Program-made: the position numbers and the translations under genes
The notes under the pieces: generated by a model
Told to the model about the DNA's origin: nothing
The model's database searches: none
Seen by the model: the letters and a program-made list of their open reading frames with translations, nothing else
DNA from: Perkinsus chesapeaki ATCC PRA-425
Taxonomy: Eukaryota; Protista; Perkinsozoa
Length of the DNA stretch: 51,707 nucleotides
Assembly: GCA_013115145.1 (NCBI GenBank)
Contig: JAAPAO010000216.1
Span: 1 to 51,707 of the forward strand
Direction: 5' to 3'
Part shown: piece after piece, positions 20,894 through 32,538 of the stretch
Layout of the letters: each line of letters opens with the position of its first letter
Numbering within the stretch: the first letter of the stretch is position 1

Positions 20894-21154
20894 CTCTATC
20901 TGGTCTCGTGGCTTCCTCACGGGCCTCATAATTTTCTTGAGTCAATTCTGATCATTTCTGAGCAGATCACTTCGGCTCCCCATAAGATTTCTTCTGCCAT
21001 TTTCCACATCTCCTAGTCGATACTTCTCTCATTAAACTTAATAATGTTGAGTTGGTATAGGCACTAGGCTTTGATTCTCGCGTGCAAATGCGAGTTACAC
21101 GTATGCTGAGAACTGCACGTCGCTCGTGCCACCAACGAGCATGTTAGAGGTGAA

Positions 21155-21226
21155 AGGTCCTATCGGGATTCGAACCCGAGTCGCTGGATTCAAAGTCCAG
21201 AGTGCTAACCACTACACTATAGGACC
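21155..21226 (-). tRNA. tRNA-Gln(TTG)
   Basis: Third near-identical copy; full cloverleaf. Confidence 0.95.
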
Positions 21227-21488
21227 GTCGGGAATCGCGGCTCCAGTTCTTAGAAGGTCACTATTTGACACGCATGAATTCAGTTTATGTTACTGTAGCG
21301 GCTGCAGTGTAGCCCATTTAGCACTTTTCAGGTTGTGCGATTGGGTTCTAGTGACCAGCGAGGCTCCATTATGTCAGGCAACTGCGAACATAAAATGACG
21401 ACTGTCGTCTCTTGCAAATGTGATGTGCAAGAGGGCATATCAATTTTGGGGGGGGGGGCTAAACTTCCTCATCTCAGCCTTTATACCC

Positions 21489-24400
21489 ATGGTAGTTGCC
21501 GACCAAGGCACCGATGAGAGGCATCCATTCCTGCGGACTCCTTTGCGTATCCGAGTAGATTTTTTGATCGGGCTACTGTGTGTCTTTGGGGACTTTCTCG
21601 GTGACAACTTACTTGCTCCTTCGTACGAGGTCTTCATCCAGCAGCACGGGCCGCCAGGTGAGCTTCTACATTATCAGAGGGCAACGCAATCGATTAACAA
21701 GATATCCCGACGGCGCCGAGCCGGTCTCGGAAAAAAGTGTTTGTCTATCTGAATTCGTCCCCATAAAGAGACTTTTTACGATTGATATACCTCTCAGTGC
21801 ATTTGTGAGTTCTACTTGGAATTCACACACCTTGCCAGCGAGGAGGCGACCACGGTCATGTGATTTAATGGCTTCAGGCCTGGAGTTTGGATTTGCCACT
21901 TCGCTCATCACAGCTGCTTATCTCGGTGGGAGGGGCGTTGCTGCCTCCTGCTCCGGCACCGCCACAGACTTCCTCGGCAGATGGAACGTCTTGCTGTTCT
22001 GCACCATCGCGACAGCCACTGGTTTTCTCTTGCAAGTAGGTTCTTTTTTCAACCCCAGACGAGCCCGGGCCTCTCCTCAGGCATTGGCATGGGACTTTTG
22101 GTCATTGGTGGGCTTCCGGTTGCTTACCGGTTTTGTTAGCGGGACACGAGCAGTCGTAGTTGTGTAGGTGGCCGCGAAGATTTCGTCTGGATGACAACGC
22201 CGGCAGATACATTTGTGATTGGGTTTCCCAGCCAAGTCTCCTCAACTTCTGGATGTCTCTCATCCCAGTGGTCTCTAGCACATCCTCGTTCATCGGCCCA
22301 CTCGTAGGAGGGATTGTTGCGCAAGTAAGATACTCCAACACGGAGTCTGAATCCCCCCCGGCAGGCCGATGAAAGCAACCCGCTGAATCCTGCGTATGTC
22401 GGGTTCGCTCTAAACGCCATGGCATCTCTCCTGGTCATCCTGGCTATGCGGAAGTCGCCTCTGGACAAGGACAAGCGTCTCGGTGGAATCTTCAAATCGT
22501 CGCCCAGACCATCTACGTCTAGTGTGTCCGAGCGGTCGATAAACTCCTCTGGATCCCTCGTTGAGTGGTGGGTTAACTTAGGGAAACACGCATCGTAACA
22601 GCATCGAGCCGCTCCGTTCGAACATATAGGAATGGTCAAGGCTTCCTATTTAGCTCTTAGTTTTCTCTATAAGTTTTGCTGCAAATTGAGGCTCTATGGA
22701 ATATCGACTCCTGTTGCCTATTTTCTTCCCCAATAAGCTGCACTATTCAGGTACGCCATCCTCCTTCTTATAGTTTGCACCGCTGCATCTAATGCAGGGA
22801 CGCAAGGATGGTCGGTGCTACTGATCACCATTCAAAAAGAGCTCCACTTGTCCAGTCTGATGATTGGTCTCGTCAGTGGGGGATGCGGCATCATGGTTAT
22901 TGGTAAGCACCCTAAGATGTCTCTTCTATTCCTTGTGCTCAGTCGGTCAGCTATTGGCTCTACCCTTCATGATGGGCAAATTGAGATGGTCCGAAGCCCA
23001 AGTCATGCTGTTTGGTTTCACCATTTCACTATCTATAATCGTTGCTGGTTTCGTCACCAGCCTCTGGGTCACTCTGATCATCGGCGCAGTCATTTCTCTC
23101 GGACTGCCGCTGGCCATGACCGTCGTCTTCGCGGTGAGTGCCCCGAATAGAGATAGTTTTTTTCCAATCACCATCTCTGCTAATGTTTCTCGAACTCCTT
23201 GGCGAATTTAGGTCTTCTTGCTAGCCCCCCCATCCTTAGGAAGCGAGATTGTCATAACTTATAACAATATATGACTTATAAGGTGTTCAACCCACCTTCC
23301 TTCTCTGACATTGAGCATCCATCATTGAGCATCTCTCTTCCAGATGTTTTCGAGACTATGTGATGAATCGGTGAAGGGGAGAGTGGTGGGGATCGTAGCG
23401 CTAATGTCCAATTTGACCAAGGTTGTTGCGGTTTTGCTCACAGGATTCCTGTATGACATTGCCAAGTGGATCCCTTATGTTATGGTGAGTGGATTTCCAT
23501 CGGCTTGTACGCTCTTTGAGGGGACAGAAGTTGTGTCACGTACTGTGTTTTCGAATCCACGATGGCCTCATTGAGCCTGGCAAGTATTTGCGTCGTTCGC
23601 GTGATAATCTTTTTGGGCATTCCGTAATAGTATGGTTGGATTCGTCCGATTCAGTGACACTGAATCAGTGTAATTCTCTCAGTTATTTTTCGCCGCCCTT
23701 TGTGGCATAGCTGCCAGCGTTGCCCTTCTCAAAGAGCTTCCTCGGGCGTTGGCCAGTCGAAGGAGCAAAAAGCTTCTGATATCTGCAACAAGGCCTTCTG
23801 CGAAATCATCCCTCTCTGAGAGTGATATTGTTTACGATGAACGCGTAAGTCGAAGACAGTGATTTGCGCATGTACTCGTCGAGTACAGAGGATAACGTTA
23901 AAAATAGAATAACAAGTATAGAGTGTCTGTTAAGCTGGTTCGTCCTGCTAGACTTCGGGGCCCGGAGTTCGGGTGCATCACTCGTACAGTATAAGCAGCC
24001 ATTAACGAAAGCTAGTTCAGCTAAAACAGCGAAAGACGTTTGTCAACACTCTTAACGTTGCAAGGATTCCATCACTCGTTCCGTACTGCGTAGTATGCAG
24101 TTGGCACCCTTGCATAACTCGGACCGTTTTTCCTGGAATAGTCGCACAGGAGACAATATACAAATACACATAATGCGGCACAGAATCGCTTAGGCTCGGC
24201 TTTCTCGGTATCGGCTCGCCTCAATTTCCTATTGCGTTAGGGTCGGGGTCTGCATCATCGTCTTGGTTTTGATTATCAAGATGAACGGCAGAGTACATTG
24301 GGCATGCCGTTCGGCCGAGCCAGTGTTGATGAAATTGAAGAGATCATGAATTGGGTGAAGGCCGGACTTGATAGAAGACCGAGGCTGCCATTCGAGAGCA

Positions 24401-25388
24401 AGGCGGTGAGTTTTGACTTCGGTTTGCCGAGTGTCACCCCAGTGTAGGGGTTTAATACATTAACTGGCATTTGACATCAACTGCTCTATATGACTTCCAA
24501 AAAGTGAGCAATAAACTCTACTTAATCGATACTGGGTATACTGATATGAGGTATACTATATAACTTCAATTCTGAGCTACATTCTTTGCATGTTAAGGGC
24601 CTTTGAGATATGCTTCGGAGTTAACCTTTTAGAGGGCTTGCAAATCCGGGAATAACATTTCGGCTCCTTCGGGGTTGAAGCCTGCTATCGTAGGATTGGC
24701 TATGAATCGCGATAATACTATTTCCGTTATTTGAAGCCTAACACACTTGTACAGCGGCGAATTCCGACTCAGGTCATCATACCGGATCTGGTGAAGGCTC
24801 TCCTTGGTCGCTGGACTACAAGAATGTTGGACGCACATGGCTATCGCAATTGGTTGCAATGCATTGATGACGTTTACGCGCTACTCGGAAATGGTATGCG
24901 TTTCAGCAGCTTTCTCGCGCTAGTTTCTCGACCAGGATTTCCCAACTTACGAGCAAGTGATGGTGCGACTCCGTCGGTTGACCGCAGATTGTTCATCTTC
25001 TATATGACCTTGATGAAGCACTTAGCCGCCTGCCGGGGGCCGGAGAACAGGGGGGCTTTGAGGCGAGAGAAGAGTAAGGGATAGCTTCGAAGAAGCATGA
25101 CGCATTGTGCAATCAGTTCCTATAAGCGTCCTAGCAGTGGTGTCCCGGCTGACCGCGCGCCCTAAAAATACTGCCACTGAGACTCAGCGAATCATTTTTG
25201 GTCGAAGGCTCAGCGACTTCCTCATTTCCCGAGGATACATGAGTTGGCCAGGATGGTTTGCAGATGGCGAGAATCTACATATTCTTTTACGCAGTACATT
25301 CCCCCCGTTGGGCTCTAAACCTAAGTACTCCCTCTACAGTTTGAGTGTACTGGCTAAAGCCTATGCGAGGGAGACCAAAGTCTATTGA
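21489..25388 (+). CDS. MFS transporter copy 3 (divergent paralog) with C-terminal extension
   Basis: MVVADQGTDERHPFLRTPLRIRVDF..., GDNLLAPSY, GTATDFLGRW, GPLVGG and PLVEW at intron positions equivalent to copies 1 and 2. Last exon ends ...AYARETKVY*. Confidence 0.85.
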
Positions 25389-25631
25389 TACGGTTGGTTG
25401 GGTAGCTCTGTTAAGTCGTCTTTCTGCGGTCTTGAGGTCCCCAGTTCGTTTGCGTTCCGGTATCCATAGCAGCTGACGCTCGCCAGAATTCTTGATGATA
25501 TTGTATTCTTGTATGTGTTAATGACTACCCATTTTTTGCCATGTATTGTTGAACATTTTCACGGTCACCGAGCTCAACTACGGATCACGTTTCACTGATG
25601 TTCTTGTGGTGTTGCTGTGGGAATGATAGAA

Positions 25632-25668
25632 CACCTTTGCCGGGGGTCGAACTCGCGACTTATAGGTT
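25632..25668 (-). pseudogene. tRNA-like 3' half remnant (degenerate)
   Basis: Reverse complement AACCTATAAGTCGCGAGTTCGACCCCCGGCAAAGGTG has tRNA-like variable loop, T-loop and acceptor spacing. The T stem pairs poorly and no 5' half was found. Confidence 0.3.
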
Positions 25669-26677
25669 GAGTTCCAGGGAGACACGTTGTGTTACGACAG
25701 CTCCTCCGTCTGTCCCGCTGTTGATTTGGTAGCGGTGAATAAAAAATACGTTTTTTTCGAATTGTATTAGCTCCTAAAGTGAAAACATTGTATTTCGAAT
25801 TTTACGAAATCATGCTTTTTTCATCTTGAAGTCGTCAGAGCTACTGCGCGTCGAATTTATGTGTAGGTTTCTAAGCCCTCGTTGTGGTGTAGATATATAA
25901 ACCCAATCGTCTCTTCCGCTCCACAGCCATAGGGTATCGGCCATGATGTATTTATAATCGGTAGCGAACGGTAGATCTCTCGTGGATCCACTGATTACCA
26001 AAAAGTAGAATGATGTGAAATATCTCATGCCTGTTGTACAGCTCGTTTGAATGAGTTCAACTGGGGGAGGTGGGATGAATTGGGACAAGTGTCGACCATT
26101 CTTGTGCAAAATTTCAAGGAACTGGCTCGCTCCTCGGAACGGGATGTTCATGCTGGCATGCTGACTTACCGTGGTTAGACGGCTCCCGGCTTCTTTGTTG
26201 CCACCTAATAGAGCCCGCTGTTGGGTAACGCACGCATGCGCATCACAGACGTCGCTTTATGATAATACGATACTATTAGAACCAGCAAATTCGTCTTGGC
26301 TCCCATGAAGGAAGAAAGGGAAGAATAGTCTAGATAGATCAATTCCTCACGATCGATTAAAATTCACCGTTTTGCTCGGTTCCTCCAGCACTCGGTGATT
26401 CTCGAAAGGGTACCGAAAGCATAGCTATCCTGATTTGGCTTGTTGATCGCCGTGCAAGTTCCCCAGTGCAACATCTGAGATGTTTATTGGTTAGTTTCGC
26501 CGCTTCCCCATGGTGAGGTGAATTCGCTACGAAAGTTCGTGCAAATCAATGGGACAAATGAGCCCCCATTGCGACAATTTAATGCATTAGTTTCTGCAAC
26601 AGACAATCTCCCAACGAGCTTGAGCCATTGGAGATCGATAACCCAGTGGCATCAGTTCTATTGTTTCTCGTTCCTCT

Positions 26678-29600
26678 ATGGCCGCTGAGATTGATGAGGC
26701 CAAAAAGCACCCATTCTGGCGCACTCCCTTGAAGGTCCGAGTCGACCTATTAGTTTGTCTTGGATGCGTCTTCGCTGACTATCTTGGAGACAATCTGTTA
26801 TCACCATCATACGACGATTTCATAACTGAAGAAGGCCCCTCTGGTGAGTGCTAGGTCTGGCGCTGCGTCCTCTCCCGGAGGCAACCAAACAGCACACTCT
26901 TGAAGTCTGCTGTTTGGAAATTGCCAGCTGAGCCACATCCCGCAAGGTTAGGTCACTGACAACAGCATCCTACGTTTTCCGCATAGACCGCTTTAAGATA
27001 GCTCCTATGGTTCAGGTATGGACTTCGGTTTGGCCACGTCAGTCATAACATTATCGTATATTTTGGGAAGAGCGGTATCGGCCTCAATGCTCGGCACAAT
27101 TTGTGATTTTGCCGGCAGATGGAATGTTATTGTTGTTTGCACTTTCCTTACTTCCTTAGGCTTTCTCCTACAAGTAAGTCCTACCACTCGTCACTTCATT
27201 ATTCCTCCTTGTTAGGCTCTAGCTTGGAACTATTGGTCCCTTGTTGGCTTCCGTTTATTCACAGGCTTGGTGGGCGGCACTCGTCCGGTCGTTATTGTGT
27301 AAGCTCTCATTGCTTTGCTATGATGCCCCTTCTCCATAGTTCAGCCACTCGCCCCGTCTTATTCATTCGCTTCTCCGCTCGTAATTTAATTTCAAGGAAT
27401 TTCATCGGAGCCGTTGCAGTTTCGAATTGCAAATATCTTATTCCTTGTTGAAACTTTTTGTTTATAAGCCCTCGGGAGACTTTATGATGATGTTATATAC
27501 AGTCTTTCTTATTGTAGATATATATCAGACTGGATAAAAACCCCTGACATGCTTACCTTCTGGATGTCACTTATGCCGGTTGCCTCAAGCGTCGCTTCGT
27601 TTGTAGGGCCACTTCTAGGTGGTATAGTTGTCGAGGTAAGCGCCGCCGCTTTAATGACGTTTCTGGGATTCGGGAATCCTTAGTGAACGGGTTTCCACTC
27701 AACGCAATTGATCGATCTTACTGCTCATCACAAGCGTGTTGTGGACGAGGCGTGTCACCATCGCGCGTATTGCCCAATGCATTCGAATTTATAACTCGAA
27801 GCACTCCTCTCTACTAAGATAATCCTCTACCCACATCTCTTCTGTCGTCCGGGGATTCTATCTGATTCCAGGATGGATCAATTTTGATGGAGGCGAAGGA
27901 GTAGACGATCACCTACGGATGTTCTCAGGCCGATCCGACAAGTCCGTTGAATTCAGCCTATGTTGGCTTCGCCCTCAACTTCACTGGTTTCCTGTTGGTC
28001 CTATTCTGCGTGGATAAGTCGCCCGGAGATATCAGCGAGAAGCTGAGCCCGTACAAGTTGTGGAATATGATCATGCAGGAGGTTCATAAGTTGACCTCAT
28101 CGAAATCGAAGAGTCCCGAAGATGTACCATTGTTCAGGTCACCCGGTCCACTAGTCGAGTGGTAAGTATCTTCCTCCAGTAGTGCGGTTTGCGTACTCGA
28201 TCACAGGGCGTTATAAGGCCTAGGTCTTGTGGGAGTCCAGTGTATAGGTGATGCTTGTATAAACAGTAGAGCAATAAAGGACTCTTATAAGAGCAACGCC
28301 TTCCGACAAGTGCGTCTGACCCCCGACGACAAATCTGTGAGATGGAGTGTCTAAAAAGGAAATAGTGATCTACCGACCCTATACGATGGAGAATTTAACG
28401 GAGATCGAATGTTCTGAGCTCAAAAACTTGAAAAGAGATTATAAGCGACAATAAAACAGTTAAATTGAAATTCAACATTGAGCAATAGTTATTTCTGAAC
28501 CTATAACAGGCAATTGCTTCTTATTTCTCCCGTGTCCTCCAGAAATAGCTCCAGTGAGGTGGAGGTTCTTCATCGATGTCACCACCTTCAGGTCAGCTAT
28601 AATACCCTTTATGCTAGCCTGTGGTTTATCAAACGCTGGCACCCAGGGCTGGTCTGTCCTCCTTGTTACCTTACAACAAGATCTTGGATTCTCAAGTCTT
28701 GTTATGGGCCTAATAAGTGGTTGGTGTGGTGTGTGGATAATAGGTGAGCCTGCCAGTTATCAGAGATATCCAGCATGAGCTGTGTCGCACCGTGGCTGCG
28801 TTATTCTCAATTCCATATTGTGGATTACAATACTTTTCTCCTCTCTTCAGTGGGCCAACTACTGTTCCTTCCATTTGTATTGAAGCACCTTCACTGGACA
28901 ATGGCCACTCTTATGATATTTGGTTTCGCTGTGTCGACGTGTATAATCGTACCGGCCTTCGTCAACAACATATGGATCATCTGCGTCGTTGCCGCCATTT
29001 TCTCCGCGGGGCTCCCTCTTGCCAAGACCGGCGTATTCACTGTAGGGCATAGGAGTTAGTCGAATTAGCACTCGGTTGCTCAGATGTTCCCCCTTCTATG
29101 CGATGTTACTGTTAAGGGCCGAGTGATGGGCCTGACTACGGTCGTTTCCAATGTGTCCAGGTGTATATCGAGTATCCTGTGCGGTGTACTCTATGATATT
29201 AAGAGATGGATCCCCTATACTATGGTAGGCTACCTTACGTTGGAGCTGTCACTGAAGCTGTTGATAATGTTACCAGTGGATGGGGACAGTTAAAATCATA
29301 CTAGTCGTCTCACCGGGTCCCCTTTACCCTCTGGCTCTCTGTTGTAAAACATCTAAGCTACGGTCCCTATCGCGTTTATTCGACATGGTTAAACGAAAAG
29401 CGATAGCATCTTCCATCATGGAAGATAGAAGTCCCATGTAGGGGCAGCTCTTTCGACACTACTAACGCGTTCGACTGATGGCGTCATTAGTCTGTACTCC
29501 TTGGCAGCCTTCATTGAACCTTCTTTTTAGTTACTGGGTTTTATGTTCGTCGGTATCGGTGTTGGTATATTCCTCATCTACTCACTCCCCAAGGCACTGG

Positions 29601-31530
29601 ACCATCGTCGCCGGATGAACCTGGCCATGGCCGCCGCTCGAACAAGTAGGGATAAGTCTGAGAGCAATCAACTATGGAAAAAGGTGAGCCGAACACATTC
29701 GATTGTTGCTGAGTCGTGCTATCCGCGAATAGGGAAGGACTAAACCTTCCCGGAGCAAAGCTGTGAATTCTCATTGAGCTTTTGCCTCTTAGAATGGACA
29801 TAGTATAGCGAGTAAGGCGTGGACCACTCCCACCGATACCGTTGTGCCATTTTAATGCCAGGGATATCATTCATTGAGCCCCTTCGATTGGTATGTGTCA
29901 CACTATCAAACTCGCCGAATACGAAAAGCTACGAGGGATGGGCCCATATTTTTAATACATCATGTATATTGTGCGTCCAAATTTGTTAGGCAAATTCGGA
30001 AAATCTTTGGACGGTAACAAAGCGTGCCATTTGACTTTTCGCTCGCCCTAGAGCGATGAAACGGTGATCGATTTGGTTAGTCATGACAATAATATATGTC
30101 CCTGACGTCTACGCAACAAATATTGATTTCGTATCGGAACTCGTTTTATTCGTCAAGTTATAGAGATTTTTCGAATTTGCCCAACAAATTTGGACGCACA
30201 GTAGTGAATTATGCGTACTTTTCGCCCGTCACGGGAGGATCTCTTTATGACAGTGTTGTTCCCTTTCAGCGCAGCCTCGTCGATCGGTTCGCATTCGATG
30301 CCCTCGAGGAGCAGCACTACTACTATTTAGCACCGTTCGGGGCAGTCACTGAGAAGGAGGTTGACAGTTTGTTGGAAATGTCCAAGCAGGGGGCAAGAAG
30401 AATGCCCAGACTATGCTTTCAAAGCAAAGCGGTGAGTCTAGTATAGAGTCCTTCCGTACAGTGTCATTTCCTTCTGAAAAATTCACGTTGTTGTTATTTG
30501 AGGAAGTCCATCATTATGCCATCAAGTTGGTGTCGCCAAAACCAGATCTCATGACCAACCTACTATAAGCTTATCGCACATGCGTTCAATCCACGTGTGT
30601 GGTATTATTTGAAGCATGAGGTGTTTTCACTTAATACATATTCCTATCCTCTTCACTCGGGCCTCTAGCTAGTTGCCTTTCATTTGCTGATAATGACTAG
30701 ACTCATACAGGTAATCATTCCGGATATAATGAAGTTGCATCTGGGGCGCTGGACAAGTAAAATGCTCGAGGCCCACGGCTATCGCAACTGGGATGCCTGC
30801 CCACAAGACTTACAGCTCCTCCTTGAAAATGGTAAAGGGTTCGATTGGGAATAAGACATAAACGTTGTTCTTCCAGGCTTCCCGACCTTGCGTGGTGGAG
30901 CAGGATCGACCTCCAGCGAGCGATTGATAGCCTTCTATAATACACTGCTAGCCCACAAGGCAGCGTGTGTGGCCTATCACCAGGAGGAGCCAGACCATCA
31001 ACTTATGGGTGAGCAACTATTCCTGGTGTCGGGGCTACTGGCACTTGTAGACGAGCCCCTTAGTTGTGCGCAGAAAAAAACATGTTCTTGGTTATCTAGT
31101 AGCTCGATATCTCAAACTAGCTATGCGTTTATGGTAGACGGCTTATAAAATTAGTCGGCAGCAGTTTGGGATGGAACCCGAACGGTACAAGTTACATTTT
31201 CAGCAAGTGTGATTCTATTGACTAGTAACCATTTCCAGTTTGATGGCATTGTCTTTCCGTTTAGTACCACTACGTATTTCGGAAGCTGTCTCGAGGCTGC
31301 GGCAAAAGCCTGCCAGCGAGCCGCTACCTTGTCGCCGATTGGACTTCGGTCGCCGCTTGAGCAACTTCCTTGTCGAGCACGGTCATCTGAATTGGCCGGG
31401 ACTATTCGAAGACGGTCAGTTCTATCACATAATGCTGCGGAATACTTTCCCACCATTGAAGCCAAATTACCAGAAGGCTCTCCAAAGCATAGCGACTCTG
31501 GCGGCGCATAACAATACCAACAGCTACTGA
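26678..31530 (+). CDS. MFS transporter copy 4 (divergent paralog) with C-terminal extension
   Basis: MAAEIDEAKKHPFWRTPLKVRVDL..., GDNLLSPSY, GTICDFAGRW, GPLLGG and PLVEW. Last exon ends ...AAHNNTNSY*. Confidence 0.85.
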
Positions 31531-31665
31531 GTGTTCAACTGCTTTTGGCCTGTCGTCATCGTCGCTTATCCGGCTAAGTGACACACTTTAGTTTCTCTCG
31601 ATGTCTTGAGTCCCATTGTATCTTGTTGTCAATTACTTTGGTGTAGAGGTTTTGGGATCTTCCCT

Positions 31666-31868
31666 ATGCCCACGGAACTTCCGGAGCATCTTAGCGCTAT
31701 AGAAGATTCACAGGAGGTCGATCGGCGCCTACTTGCGAGGCATGCTCTCGTGAGGGTTATTTCATGGATCTTCTCACCAGGTCTTCATCAGGTTGATGGA
31801 CTGATAGCCGGCTTCGTCCAAGGCTTTGAGAGGAAGTTTTTGAATAGTATGGAGGCAGATTTCCGCAG
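31666..31868 (+). CDS. Hypothetical coding fragment starting MPTELPEH
   Basis: Open frame within ORF 31606-31905 with internal GT/AG signals. Weak similarity to the start at 32539. Confidence 0.25.
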
Positions 31869-32538
31869 GTGGGCGGTCAATATTTGGTCTCAATGTCTGC
31901 TGTGAAAAGTCTCCAAAGTTTTCGACAATAATATCTTCATCGGCGTCATGTGGTTAGCCAGTAGGGGCGCTGAAATTAGACTCCGTTTCCCACTGTGCGT
32001 TGTGCAAGTTGGAGCCTTCGATGCCAACTGTACATATTCAGAACCCGAGCAGGGAATCCCTGCCAGGGACGCATGCAAATAGCGGGTTGCCTCCGGATTT
32101 ACATAAAATGGTCCTTCAGGCTGTCTGCTGCTAAGAATTACGGTATTCACCGTGATGGGTGGTCTATCGCAGTTGAAGAGCTGGAGCAGGTAGGTTACAG
32201 TACGCTGTGTGTATCTAACTATTTTGCCGGGTGGCTCGTAATACAGCCAATGGGACCATTACTGATCATTTAGTTATTCTTCATTATAGTATCGTCATTG
32301 TCGTCTATATTGTGATATTACATATAGTTGTTAACAGTATTAGGCAGTTTCATATTATAGAACTGTATAAAATATATACACAACGCACATAAAGTGGAGT
32401 CCGTATAGGCAAACAAATGACTTGATAATTTGGAAGCTAGACAAGGGCATAGATTGGCCCAAAAACTGAAGGTGCCAAGCAGGCATTCTCTTACGTTAGC
32501 TCATCCACCCTCTACTAAGCATTGACGAAGATATTCAC

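Noticed and set aside
25074-25116. Apparent premature stop in MFS copy 3 (ORF ends at 25084)
   Set aside because: A 43-nt GT-AG intron removes the stop and restores the frame into the final exon, so this is not a pseudogene.
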